DNA from: Armatimonadota bacterium
Lineage (GTDB): Bacteria > Armatimonadota > UBA5829 > DTLH01
Assembly: GCA_039680575.1 (NCBI GenBank)
Contig: JBDKSP010000021.1
Coordinates: 13,239 to 77,238 of the forward strand
Reading direction: 5' to 3'
DNA length: 64,000 nucleotides
Shown here: positions 38,601-48,884 of the stretch, piece after piece
How the letters are laid out: each line of letters begins with the position of its first letter
Position numbering within the stretch: the stretch's first letter is position 1
The notes under the pieces: model-generated
Databases searched by the model: none
What the model was told of the DNA's origin: nothing
The model's input: the letters and a program-made list of their open reading frames with translations, nothing else
Translations under genes and position numbers: made by a program

Positions 38601-39893
38601 TTAACTCAACTGTCCTGATAAATATGCATCATACGCACTAAGGTCCAGGTAGCCGTTTCCGCTCAGGTTGAACAGAATTACCCGTTCCCTGCCTTCTTCT
38701 TTTGCCTTGAGTGCTTCATCGATTGCCGCGCGAACAGCGTGAGACGATTCCGGTGCAGGGATAATTCCTTCGGCTTTTGCGAAGCGGATAGCGGCATCGA
38801 AGACATCGAGTTGTGGATAGGCAACCGCCTCTATAAGCCCCTGGTCATAGCAAAGGCTGACTAGCGGAGCCATTGCATGGTATCTAAGTCCTCCGGCATG
38901 GATTCCAGGCGGGACAAAATCGTTTCCAAGGGTATACATCTTGAAAAGCGGCGTCATCTGCGCGGTGTCTCCGAACTCGTATCTGTATTCGCCCTTTGTG
39001 AGCGATGGACATGACGCCGGTTCGACTGCGATAGCTCTCAATTCTTTTCCCGCAATCTTGTCAGCAAGAAATGGAAATGCGATACCGCCAAAATTGCTTC
39101 CACCGCCGACGCAGCCTATGACTACATCAGGATAAGCGCCAGCCAGCTCCATCTGCTTTTTACACTCGAGACCTATGACTGTCTGATGGAGAATTACGTG
39201 GTTTGTTACGCTGCCGAGCGCATACTTGCCATTGTTTTTGATTGCGTCTTCGATGGCCTCGCTTATCGCCATCCCAAGACCGCCGGGAGTATCCGGGTCC
39301 TTTTCCAGGAATTTCTTCCCAAACTCGGTATTTGTGCTCGGACTGGCATAAACTGTCGCACCGAACGTTTCCATCATGGACTTTCGATAGGGCTTTTGCT
39401 GATAACTGACCTTTACCATATAGACGGTACATTCGAGCCCGAAGATGCTGCATGCGAGAGACAACGCGCATCCCCATTGCCCGGCGCCGGTCTCAGTGGT
39501 AAGCCGCTTTACACCGTCCTTTTTGTTATAATAAGCCTGTGCGAGAGCGCTGTTCAGCTTATGGCTTCCTACAGGGCTCACACCTTCGTACTTGTAAAAA
39601 ATCTTTGCCGGGGTACCGAGTGCCTTCTCCAGCCGTAGTGCTCGATAAAGGGGCGAAGGACGCCAAAGAGATAGTCCTTCTAATACTTCATCCGGTATGT
39701 CGATCCATCGCTTAGTGGACATCTCCTGTTCTATGATCGAATCGCAGAAGATCTGAGATAGATCATCCGGTCCCACAGGTTCTTTTGTTGCCGGATGGAT
39801 CGGAGGGGGAAGAGGGACCGGCAGGTCCGCGGCGATATTGTACCATTGTTTTGGGATCTGGCTTTGTTCCAGCAAGAACTGACGCTGCTGCAT
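38601..39893 (-). CDS. TrpB2-type tryptophan synthase beta subunit (PLP enzyme)
   Basis: Length 430 aa. TrpB2-specific N-terminal extension. PLP-lysine region GSHKLNSAL. Stand-alone, with no trpA adjacent. Confidence 0.8.
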   Translation of the reverse strand: MQQRQFLLEQSQIPKQWYNIAADLPVPLPPPIHPATKEPVGPDDLSQIFCDSIIEQEMSTKRWIDIPDEVLEGLSLWRPSPLYRALRLEKALGTPAKIFYKYEGVSPVGSHKLNSALAQAYYNKKDGVKRLTTETGAGQWGCALSLACSIFGLECTVYMVKVSYQQKPYRKSMMETFGATVYASPSTNTEFGKKFLEKDPDTPGGLGMAISEAIEDAIKNNGKYALGSVTNHVILHQTVIGLECKKQMELAGAYPDVVIGCVGGGSNFGGIAFPFLADKIAGKELRAIAVEPASCPSLTKGEYRYEFGDTAQMTPLFKMYTLGNDFVPPGIHAGGLRYHAMAPLVSLCYDQGLIEAVAYPQLDVFDAAIRFAKAEGIIPAPESSHAVRAAIDEALKAKEEGRERVILFNLSGNGYLDLSAYDAYLSGQLS

Positions 39894-40435
39894 TGAAAGA
39901 ACTCTCCTTACTTATCGTAAAATCTGTCATTTCAACGTAAATTTATTCGTTATCACAAAAGAAATATCGGTTGAAATGTGAAAAATAATGAGGGAACATC
40001 AATGGCAGTGAGTTCGTCTAATAACCGGGCTTCCGTGGTATCTTCGACTGAAGAGATGGTCGGCAATTGCCGATTATTTGAAACGTAAGCTTCGATTTGA
40101 CAATTTAAAAAGGAAAGGCAGGTGAATTGGATGCAGCTCACCCGATCCGTCGATTTGGTATTCCCTCGCAGCGGGCAGGTTGTTTCAGTTCAAGTGCCAG
40201 TGGATGTCTTCGATCAGGTAAGGCAGGTCAGTAAGTCGCTATTATCATTTGTATCATTTAGATACGCCTGTATTCCAATCGAGCTAATAAACAGGTTGCA
40301 TCCACAGTAAAAAGGGTCCGGTTTCTTTCTGGACCCTTTTTACTTGTACCTCTTCACTGCTTGTCAGGCATATTTATAGGCTTTTGTTGGTATTAACAAC
40401 AAAGATCGGCGCCGCTTGCAGAAAATGCAGAGGAG

Positions 40436-40651
40436 GTGTCTTGCATGACGAGAGGTATGGGCGGGAGGTCGCCTGCGAACATCGCTAATTTCCTGGAAGG
40501 AATCGATTTTCCTGCATCCAAAGACGAATTGGTCAACCATGCCGAGGATAATAATGCGCCACAGGATATTATAGATATCCTGGAAAAGCTTCCCAATCGG
40601 GAGTATACGAGCATGGCTGATATAATGTCGGGTGTGGGACAGGTGGAATAA
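40436..40651 (+). CDS. DUF2795 domain protein
   Basis: NIANFLEGIDFPASKDELVNHAEDNNAPQDIIDILEKLPNREYTSMADI matches the DUF2795 consensus. Confidence 0.55.
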   Translation: MSCMTRGMGGRSPANIANFLEGIDFPASKDELVNHAEDNNAPQDIIDILEKLPNREYTSMADIMSGVGQVE

Positions 40652-40723
40652 GGTCCAACCGCATCAAATTTGAGCCTCCGGGAGAAGCGGTGGGACTTCC
40701 GGAGGAATCCATCGCAATGATGC

Positions 40724-42748
40724 CTATAATTCGTTAGCCTGCCCAGACGCGCGCTTCAGAGCAGCCTTCAATTCCCTGTGAAGCCGTTCGAGTTCCTTTA
40801 TATCTCCGACGGTTATGTCGCGTCCACTGTAGCGCATGGACCCGAATAGATTCGCGGTTTCAAGTGCTATTGCGCTTGCGTCATGCGAGCGTTTAGTTCC
40901 AGCTATAGCTGCTTCGCATGGAGTAAGGTCCTTGTTCTTTACCTTCAGGCTTCGAAGGATCGATTCATACCTTGCCACGAAGATAGAATGGAGCTTGCTG
41001 GGGCTGGAATGCCTTTCGAACGGACGAAGTTTCCTTATATCCGATACGAATATGATACCTGCGCCAATAATAAGCAATACGGACATCAATGGAAGTATGA
41101 TCGACCCGCTCAATATATTGCGAAATAGTCGGCTGAAACTTGCGAATATTCGGCCAAACAGGCTCTCTGAATGTTCTCGGGTCAGTTCTGTCGGATCGAA
41201 AGTGACCCATCCACAGTCTGGAAAATAGACTTCCGCCCAAGCATGACGGTCCATATCACGTATTTTGAATACACCGGCATCAGTATCGTAGTCACCTGTC
41301 GCATATCCGGTCACGAGCCTTGCCGGGACACCTGTCTCTCTCATCATTACGACCATTGCGCTGGCAAAAACATCGCAATACCCGGTCCTGGACTTGAAAA
41401 GGAAATAATCGACCGGGTCCTGCCCGGCTGGAGCGGGAGGCGCGTTCAGGTCATAAGTGCAGTGTTCTCCAAGGTATCTGTTGATAGCTACAGCCTTGTC
41501 ATACGGATTATCGATGCCGCGAGTGATATGCATAGCCAGCCTGCCGGCTTTTACGGTACTGGTTGTTGTCTGCAGAAAGAAGGATCTGATACTCTCACTG
41601 TAATCAGTCGATGCTTTTCTCAAGCGGCTTTGGTCGGTAATCGGCATAGACGAGACTACGCGATAGCTCGGTAGGTTTCCGATAGCGGAATAACTGTAAT
41701 AGCAGTTGAAATCATTGCGTTTTAGGCCGGAGAATGGTCCCTCGATGGTTACCGGTTCAGTTGCAGCGATAACATCTCCTTCGATCAGAATGCGAGGGTA
41801 TATAATCTGTTCGATCAATTCTCCGTGTTCCGGCGGGATGGAGTTATAATGGTTCCAGCCATTACCGTACCTCCCGCTTACCTGTTCTATTGAGATTGGC
41901 ATGTATTGCGCGGTTGACTTCCAGCCATGACCTGTATAGCGGTCAAATATATTGCTGCGCCAGTATGTCCCGTAAGTTTCGCCCGTTTTCAATGAGTGAG
42001 ATTTGATGGACATAACAACTTTATCGGTCAAATGAACAGGTCCCTGTGAAATCTGTAGTGTGCTCGAATCGTCAACAGAAGCCATCAATGTACGGTCTCT
42101 TAGCTGTGTGAACTGAGGCATAGCTATGGAAAAGGCCTTTTTGCAGGCTAATCTGACCGGAATAACGGCGATGTAGCCCATCACAATCGACAGGCAGGTG
42201 ACAGCAATAGCCATCCTGAACCCCGGTTTGATCGATTGTTTGTTGCGTACAGGCTGGTGAGCCAGCGTAAATGTAGCAAGGACCAGATATATTATGAAAG
42301 CCGCCATTATCTCTGAGTTTATGTTGTTTGTTGCCGTCAAGCTGATAAGGACGACGGCTGGGATAGACGAGAAAACGACCGCTTCGTCCGAGACGAGAGT
42401 GAAGCTCCTCAATACTTCCAGCCAGAGAAGCATAGATGCGAGTTTCATCTCGGAAGAACCGGCTGCATTTATGGGGATTATGAGTTCGTTTATCGCACGG
42501 CCGCCGATTACCTGCAGGTAGACCAGTATGGCTGCGATTATGACTACAAACTCGATAAGGCGGGTAGTATAGCCGACCCTGCGAAGGATCAGGCTGGTAA
42601 TATAGCCGATGCACATGAGTGTGCCTGTCAGAATGGCGAATGAGTTGTCGGACACCACCGAATTAAGCGCAGTCAATGCGCATAGCATAGTAGCAAGACC
42701 GGCGAGGTATAACGGATAACTGATGTCAGGTCCTGTCGTCCGTCTCAT
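40724..42748 (-). CDS. transglutaminase-domain membrane protein (DUF3488 / TGase / DUF4129 architecture)
   Basis: N-terminal polytopic region. Transglutaminase-like core with catalytic Cys (TGYCDVFASAM). Third gene of the MoxR-DUF58-TGase triad. Confidence 0.75.
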   Translation of the reverse strand: MRRTTGPDISYPLYLAGLATMLCALTALNSVVSDNSFAILTGTLMCIGYITSLILRRVGYTTRLIEFVVIIAAILVYLQVIGGRAINELIIPINAAGSSEMKLASMLLWLEVLRSFTLVSDEAVVFSSIPAVVLISLTATNNINSEIMAAFIIYLVLATFTLAHQPVRNKQSIKPGFRMAIAVTCLSIVMGYIAVIPVRLACKKAFSIAMPQFTQLRDRTLMASVDDSSTLQISQGPVHLTDKVVMSIKSHSLKTGETYGTYWRSNIFDRYTGHGWKSTAQYMPISIEQVSGRYGNGWNHYNSIPPEHGELIEQIIYPRILIEGDVIAATEPVTIEGPFSGLKRNDFNCYYSYSAIGNLPSYRVVSSMPITDQSRLRKASTDYSESIRSFFLQTTTSTVKAGRLAMHITRGIDNPYDKAVAINRYLGEHCTYDLNAPPAPAGQDPVDYFLFKSRTGYCDVFASAMVVMMRETGVPARLVTGYATGDYDTDAGVFKIRDMDRHAWAEVYFPDCGWVTFDPTELTREHSESLFGRIFASFSRLFRNILSGSIILPLMSVLLIIGAGIIFVSDIRKLRPFERHSSPSKLHSIFVARYESILRSLKVKNKDLTPCEAAIAGTKRSHDASAIALETANLFGSMRYSGRDITVGDIKELERLHRELKAALKRASGQANEL

Positions 42749-43959
42749 TGCCGTGCCTCATGAATAATAAGCTCGACATTTGCACCGGCCTGCTCCAGTT
42801 CAGCCACGGATACTTCATCGGAAGACTGTTTTCTTCCGAATGGCGCAGGATCGACCAGCGCTACTACGAGCCTGATGTTACGTGATACAGCTTCCATTAC
42901 TGCTGCTATTGTTTCTTTTGTAGCCAGAGGCGAAATCAGTATTGCATCGGAACCACTGGAACATGACCTGACCAGGTCGATAGCGGAAAGTGATGAGTCG
43001 GCTTTTGCATCCGAAAGAGTGTTGAGCGCTGAGTTCATGCTGCCCGGGCTGTGGACATCTATGCCTAAGACAGCATTATTCCTGGGAATGACTAACCTGG
43101 CTGGCCGCCTGTGATGCAGAAATAACTTGAGTGCAAAAGCCGCGGCACCGGCCGCTGTATTGAGTGATGTTACCGGCTCAGTTCCGTAGTCGCATCCCTT
43201 CATTAGATCAAACATGATTATCACCGAACCGATGGTGGAATCCTCGAACTCCATAACCGACAGACGCTGAGTGCGGGCGGTTGTTTTCCAGTGTATACGC
43301 TTGAACTCATCGCCGGAACGGTATTCACGGACGCCCGCAAAACCTCCTCTTGGCGCAACCCGGCCTGCGAGGTTCTGATGATCGAACTCCCTGTTTCCGC
43401 TTGCCATCAGGTCGGTCCTGAAGGGAATTGGTCTTGGATGCACTATCAATTCAGTGACGCCAGGCACCTGATGATTCAATCTGAGCATACCGAGAGGATC
43501 AGAGGCCAGCAGACTGGCCGGGCCTATCTGATACCGGCCGCGCCTCAGCGTTTTGAACGATGAATGTATCTCGACACTTTGTAAATGGAAGACTTCCATT
43601 ACAGTACTGTCTTCGGCTTCGACCCATTGGGGTAACTTGTCCTTCACAATGAGCTCGGAAGGCAGCCTGCCAAGACGACATTCGATCTCTATAGCAGCGG
43701 ACGCTCTTTCACCCTGTGTTGTTACCACCAGTGGCTCGCGTTTGACCGCGCAATTCCTAAGCAGGATGATGCCGATGATATAACTGGCGGAAGGCAGCGC
43801 GAGAAGTATCGTAGCCATAGTAAAGAGATATGTTACATTGAGTACGGTAGCTACGACAAGACAGAATAAGCCAGCCAGACAGGGACCGACGAACCTGGGG
43901 TTTAGGATCAGGCTGCCGGTATCCACTTTGATGTTTTTGATCGTATCACGAGCGTCCAT
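42745..43959 (-). CDS. DUF58 (vWA-like) protein
   Basis: DUF58 signature GVREYRSGDEFKRIHWKTTARTQRL. Two N-terminal TM helices. Start and stop overlap the neighbouring genes. Confidence 0.75.
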   Translation of the reverse strand: MDARDTIKNIKVDTGSLILNPRFVGPCLAGLFCLVVATVLNVTYLFTMATILLALPSASYIIGIILLRNCAVKREPLVVTTQGERASAAIEIECRLGRLPSELIVKDKLPQWVEAEDSTVMEVFHLQSVEIHSSFKTLRRGRYQIGPASLLASDPLGMLRLNHQVPGVTELIVHPRPIPFRTDLMASGNREFDHQNLAGRVAPRGGFAGVREYRSGDEFKRIHWKTTARTQRLSVMEFEDSTIGSVIIMFDLMKGCDYGTEPVTSLNTAAGAAAFALKLFLHHRRPARLVIPRNNAVLGIDVHSPGSMNSALNTLSDAKADSSLSAIDLVRSCSSGSDAILISPLATKETIAAVMEAVSRNIRLVVALVDPAPFGRKQSSDEVSVAELEQAGANVELIIHEARQ

Positions 43960-44908
43960 ATCTCACCGGTACCGGGATAGATGATAAGATGTCACGAATA
44001 ATATCAGCTCCGGCATCTGACTGCCAAGTGTCCTGAGATACTATCAACCTGTGTGAAAGCGTAGGGACTGCGGCTGCTTTAATGTCGTCGGGGAGCACGA
44101 AATCTCTTTCGGATACGGCTGCAAGCGCGCGGGATATACGCATAAGGGCAAGTGAACCACGAGGACTTGCGCCAACAAGCACGTCTCTGCGGTTCCTGGT
44201 CGATGTGACGATCTCCACGATGTAATCCTTGAGAGAATCATCTATATAAATATTTTTTACCTCTTCCTGCAGAGACGCAAGCTCATCAGGCGTTATTACG
44301 GGGGTAATTGCATCGATCGGATGCTCTTTCATATGGCTGTCAAGTACCGCGGTCTCGCTGTGTTTGTCAGGATAACCTATCGAGACTCTGATGAGAAACC
44401 TGTCAAGCTGGGCTTCAGGAAGCGGGTAAGTGCTGCCATGTTCTATGTTGTTTTGAGTTGCAATCACAAGAAACGGTCTTGGAAGCGCTCTTGTCGTGCC
44501 GTCTACAGTGATCTGTAGTTCCTCCATACACTCGAGCAGAGCAGACTGAGTCTTCGGTGTAGCCCTGTTTATCTCATCTGCGAGGACGACGCTTGAGAAT
44601 ACAGGTCCCTGATGGAAATTGAACTCTCCGGTTTTCTGGTTGTAGATGGATGTTCCGGTAACATCGGACGGAAGAAGGTCCGGTGTGAACTGTATCCTGC
44701 TGAAGGAACTGCCGATAGCCTTTGCTACTGCCTTTGCGAGAGTGGTCTTTCCCACACCGGGAACATCCTCGATGAGTACGTGTCCTCCAGCCAGAAGGGA
44801 AGAAAGAACCATTCGCACTACATCATCTTTTCCGATTATCACGCTTCCCACTTTTTCCTGAACAGCCTGCATCCTGATACTTATGTCGTGAGCGCTCGTG
44901 GTATCCAT
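43946..44908 (-). CDS. MoxR-family AAA+ ATPase
   Basis: Walker A EDVPGVGKTTLA, Walker B VVLADEINRA. Length 320 aa. Confidence 0.85.
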   Translation of the reverse strand: MDTTSAHDISIRMQAVQEKVGSVIIGKDDVVRMVLSSLLAGGHVLIEDVPGVGKTTLAKAVAKAIGSSFSRIQFTPDLLPSDVTGTSIYNQKTGEFNFHQGPVFSSVVLADEINRATPKTQSALLECMEELQITVDGTTRALPRPFLVIATQNNIEHGSTYPLPEAQLDRFLIRVSIGYPDKHSETAVLDSHMKEHPIDAITPVITPDELASLQEEVKNIYIDDSLKDYIVEIVTSTRNRRDVLVGASPRGSLALMRISRALAAVSERDFVLPDDIKAAAVPTLSHRLIVSQDTWQSDAGADIIRDILSSIPVPVRYGRS

Positions 44909-45122
44909 CCGTCTCCTCCTGTGGTTATAGTTTCATTACAGAACCTTGTTATATGACTGTCAAGCCAGGTGAATAGGTTCCGTCCGGCGTGAAAGATAAT
45001 TGTCTCAGGTATTTGAGTTTATTTTATTACACGATTAACCTCCAGAGAGCTGTTATTAAACCAATAATTACTATTGAGGAGATGAATACTCAAGCGGCCG
45101 GTTTTCATCATGCAAAAACTGG

Positions 45123-46670
45123 TTGTATCGAGGATTCGACACTCCAATCTACCATAGAACAACTAAATTTAGGTGGAGTTTAGCACTTTTGGCAGATACA
45201 GTTAAACGAAAGAGCAGCTTTAGCGCGGCTCAAGGAACGGACAACAGTCCGAAAATGACATTCAGAGTAATATCTTACTTCGCTGGGATGATCTTTGCGG
45301 TAGCGACTTATGCAATTGGTGTGTGGGGCTACTCTGCGGAGTCCGCCGCGATGGGGCAAAAACCATTACCAAGTCTATTGCTTCAGATCGAGGAAATTCT
45401 GCCGCGTCATCCATTTACATTCATTGCCTGGGCTTGCGGGATTACAGGGCTTTCCGTCATTATCGGCTATCTCTTCGACCGCCAGGTCTACTTCAGAAGG
45501 CGGGCAGAGATGAAAGCGAATGTGGATGGGCTGACAGGCTGTTACAATCACCGCTGTTTTCAGGACAGATTGACTGCGGAGATAGAGAGAGCACAGAGGT
45601 ACGGCAGGCGATTAGCCTTGGTGATGTTCGATCTCGATGATTTCAAAGCGTTCAATGACCGCAGGGGCCACCAGGAGGGTGACCGCCTGCTGAGTTGGTT
45701 CGGCGAGATATGCCGTGCGAATATACGCACTATAGATGTGCTGGCACGCTATGGCGGCGAGGAATTTGTTGTGATCCTGCCGGAAGCCGGAGCTGAGGAA
45801 GCAAAGGTTGCCGCAGACAGGATCAGGGAGGTATTGGAACGCGACGCATCGCTCAAATTCCCGGGGGTAGCTTCAGTCACGGTCAGTGCGGGCATCGCTG
45901 CATACCCCGAACATGGCCAGACTCGTCATAACATCATCCTTAACGCCGACACTGCGCTATATTACGCAAAGCGAACTGGTAAGAATAAAGCCCTTATCTA
46001 TGAAGAGTCTTTTAAGCAATCATATCGCACTTCATCCGATACATTGAAGGCGCTATTGGTGGACCAGCCCATGGATGCCATAGAAGCATTATCTGCTGCG
46101 GTAGATGCAAAAGACCGGTTTACCAAGGGACATTCGGACGCAGTGACTCGTTATTCACTTGCACTTGCATCTAAACTGGGGTTATCTCCTACGGAAATCG
46201 AGAACCTTAAGGCCGCTGCGCTTCTTCATGACATCGGCAAGATCAGCACGCCCGAGTCTATCCTTCATAAGCCTGGTCCTCTCAAGATGGACGAATGGCA
46301 GATGATAGAAGATCATCCCAAGATCGGTTCAGAGATACTTGAGAAGGTACAGCAGTTGAGCTCGATAGTCCCTGCAGTAAGGCATCATCATGAAAGATAT
46401 GATGGGCTGGGGTATCCTAATGGGCTTTCAGGAAAGAATATCCCTCTGATTGCACGGATAATAGGGCTGGCTGATGCTTATGATGCTATGATCTCGGACA
46501 GAACTTACCGTAATGCGCTTTCAAAGGAAGATGCTCTGGAGGAGATCAAACGCTGCGCCGGGACTCAATTCGACCCGGAACTGGTCGACCTTTTTGTGGA
46601 GATCATAATATCCGGCAGTACCTCTGTGGATAAAAAGGACGATCATAAAGAGAAACCGGAAGCAGCTTGA
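45123..46670 (+). CDS. membrane-anchored GGDEF (GGEEF) diguanylate cyclase fused to an HD-GYP phosphodiesterase
   Basis: Two or three N-terminal TM helices (a later ATG at 45255 is possible). RYGGEEF A-site. The HD-GYP domain has HD...HHERYDGLGYP. Confidence 0.8.
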   Translation: MYRGFDTPIYHRTTKFRWSLALLADTVKRKSSFSAAQGTDNSPKMTFRVISYFAGMIFAVATYAIGVWGYSAESAAMGQKPLPSLLLQIEEILPRHPFTFIAWACGITGLSVIIGYLFDRQVYFRRRAEMKANVDGLTGCYNHRCFQDRLTAEIERAQRYGRRLALVMFDLDDFKAFNDRRGHQEGDRLLSWFGEICRANIRTIDVLARYGGEEFVVILPEAGAEEAKVAADRIREVLERDASLKFPGVASVTVSAGIAAYPEHGQTRHNIILNADTALYYAKRTGKNKALIYEESFKQSYRTSSDTLKALLVDQPMDAIEALSAAVDAKDRFTKGHSDAVTRYSLALASKLGLSPTEIENLKAAALLHDIGKISTPESILHKPGPLKMDEWQMIEDHPKIGSEILEKVQQLSSIVPAVRHHHERYDGLGYPNGLSGKNIPLIARIIGLADAYDAMISDRTYRNALSKEDALEEIKRCAGTQFDPELVDLFVEIIISGSTSVDKKDDHKEKPEAA

Positions 46671-46716
46671 TGGGAAAGTCGTCTATGTCCCGATAGCTAA
46701 AATCGGCTGTTTTTCC

Positions 46717-47661
46717 TTGCTTCTCAAGCAAGCATTTGTTATCCTTTTTGTTGTGAGTGTACTTTCGACTGTATCCGCCGTATTTCTGCTTCTGCTTGTA
46801 GGTTATGGAGCCAGGAAACTGGGAGTCCTTAAAAGCAGTGATACGGCGGTTGTTAATTCAATAGTGATAAACCTCACCGGGCCCGCGTTTGCGTTCTCGG
46901 CGTTATATGGCAAGCCGCTGACGCTCCAGATGATCGGAGCGCCGATGGTTATAATTATATCGTCGATGCTGGTGATGGGACTTGCATACATTGCGGGCGT
47001 AATATTGCACCTGGACCGTAAAACCACAGGTGCGATTATGCTCGTTTCGGCATTTGGAAACACGGGTTTTCTTGGCTATCCGGTCACGATGGCTGCATTT
47101 CCGAAAAGCGGAGATGCAATAGCGACTGCGGTCATGTGTGACCAGTTCGGAATGGCTCTTCCGCTTTATTCAATAGGAGTGGTTGTAGCCGCCTCTTTTG
47201 CCGCCGCGAAGACAAACCGAGCTCAAATACTCGAATTTATGAAAGCGCCTCTTTTACCGGCTACGATTATCGCGATCCTGCTCAGGCCGGTGCATCTTCC
47301 ACAGCCGATCGTTTCGTCGTTGACTATCCTTGGGCAGGCCACAGTACCGCTTGCGATGCTTTCTCTCGGACTGTCGCTTTCGAAGTCATCACTTAAGACA
47401 GCCACAGTACCGTTTACGGTAGGAATAGTCTTGAAGATGGTTGCGGTCCCGATTATTACGTTTCTAGGCCTCAAACTGGTGGGGATAGATGGAGTTGTGC
47501 GGAATGTTACAGTGTTGGAGTCCTCGATGCCTGCAGCGGTTATGACCGGGGTGATAGCAGGACGGTACAACACGAATGGCGCCTTCGTCTCCGCTGCGAT
47601 CTTTCTTATGACGCTTGCCTCCATAATCACAATACCGGTTATCCTTATGCTGCTGGGGTAA
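46717..47661 (+). CDS. AEC-family (auxin efflux carrier / malate permease-like) transporter
   Basis: Ten predicted TM helices in a 5+5 arrangement. Length 314 aa. Confidence 0.6.
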   Translation: MLLKQAFVILFVVSVLSTVSAVFLLLLVGYGARKLGVLKSSDTAVVNSIVINLTGPAFAFSALYGKPLTLQMIGAPMVIIISSMLVMGLAYIAGVILHLDRKTTGAIMLVSAFGNTGFLGYPVTMAAFPKSGDAIATAVMCDQFGMALPLYSIGVVVAASFAAAKTNRAQILEFMKAPLLPATIIAILLRPVHLPQPIVSSLTILGQATVPLAMLSLGLSLSKSSLKTATVPFTVGIVLKMVAVPIITFLGLKLVGIDGVVRNVTVLESSMPAAVMTGVIAGRYNTNGAFVSAAIFLMTLASIITIPVILMLLG

Positions 47662-47748
47662 TATTCCGCAAACGCCTTTACAGCCCCAGATTTAGCTGTT
47701 AAACTGACCCGGATAATATATTTCAACAAACAATTTCGAGGAGATCGG

Positions 47749-48882
47749 ATGAATCAGAGAGAACGATGGCTGGCAACGATGCATTTTCAGCCGGTGGACC
47801 ATGTGCCGGATGAAGAATTCGGTTACTGGAGTGAGACATTTCCTTTATGGCATGCACAGGGACTCCCGGAATATATAAACGACAACTGGAAGGCCGATAT
47901 CTACTTTGGTTTCGAGACCAGGCTAGATGTGCCTGTGAATCTGGGCATAATACCAGGGTTTGAATACAAAGTGCTGGAGGAAGATGACCGGCATAAGACT
48001 ATTCTCGACTATGACGGAGTAACGAAGGTAGTCGGTAAGTCCGGACACTCGTCCATTCCAAAATTTCTCAAATTCCCCATAGAATCTCGTGCGGACTGGG
48101 ATGAGTTCAAGAAACGGCTGGATTTATCGACATCCAGCCGATTTTTACAGGATAACGAATGGCAGGTTTGGAAATCAAAAGCTCAAGCATCGGATAAACC
48201 TGTCGGGATACCGATCGGCAGCCTGTTCGGCTGGATCCGAGATTGGATGGGGTTCGAGAACATATGCTATATGATTATGGACGACCCCGGACTTATCCAG
48301 GATATTATGGAACACCTGACTAACTTCATCCTGACCCAGATTGAGAGGTCAGTAACGGAGATGAAGCTCGATTATGCAGCGATGTGGGAGGACATGTGCT
48401 ACAACCATGGCCCGATCCTACAGCCTAAGCACTTCGAGGAATGGATGGTCCCGAGGCTAAAGCGGATCACAAGCTTCCTGAAAGATCATGGCTGTGATGT
48501 AGTCTATGTAGACTGCGACGGCAACATCAATGAGCTGGTATCAATGTGGCTGGATGCCGGTGTGAACTGTATGTTTCCTCTGGAGATGCGTGGTGGTACC
48601 GATGCTGTGAAGCTGCGGGAGAAATACGGGCACAGGGTGCTGCTCGCCGGTGGAGTGGATAAAACGGCGCTTATCGCGGGTAAGGATGAGATCAAGAAAG
48701 AGATTGCCCGGTTGAAACCGGTGGTGGATGACGGAGGGTTTATTCCTCATGTAGACCACCGCTGCCCACCGGATGTAACGTTCGAGAATTACCTCTATTA
48801 CCTGAAGCTCAAGAGGGATACATTCGGAATCCCAGAGCCGGAGCCCTGGGATTCACGTAAAGATAGATATAATTTTGCCTAA
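47749..48882 (+). CDS. uroporphyrinogen-decarboxylase (URO-D / MtaA-like) family protein
   Basis: URO-D-fold blocks (RERWLATMHFQPVDHVP... and a C-terminal DHRCPPDV). Size 377 aa. Confidence 0.5.
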   Translation: MNQRERWLATMHFQPVDHVPDEEFGYWSETFPLWHAQGLPEYINDNWKADIYFGFETRLDVPVNLGIIPGFEYKVLEEDDRHKTILDYDGVTKVVGKSGHSSIPKFLKFPIESRADWDEFKKRLDLSTSSRFLQDNEWQVWKSKAQASDKPVGIPIGSLFGWIRDWMGFENICYMIMDDPGLIQDIMEHLTNFILTQIERSVTEMKLDYAAMWEDMCYNHGPILQPKHFEEWMVPRLKRITSFLKDHGCDVVYVDCDGNINELVSMWLDAGVNCMFPLEMRGGTDAVKLREKYGHRVLLAGGVDKTALIAGKDEIKKEIARLKPVVDDGGFIPHVDHRCPPDVTFENYLYYLKLKRDTFGIPEPEPWDSRKDRYNFA

Positions 48883-48884
48883 CA

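Noticed and set aside
45170-45200. CIRCE-like half site (tttagcact)
   Set aside because: Only one arm resembles TTAGCACTC, with no inverted partner 9 nt away. It is far from hrcA and the chaperonin.
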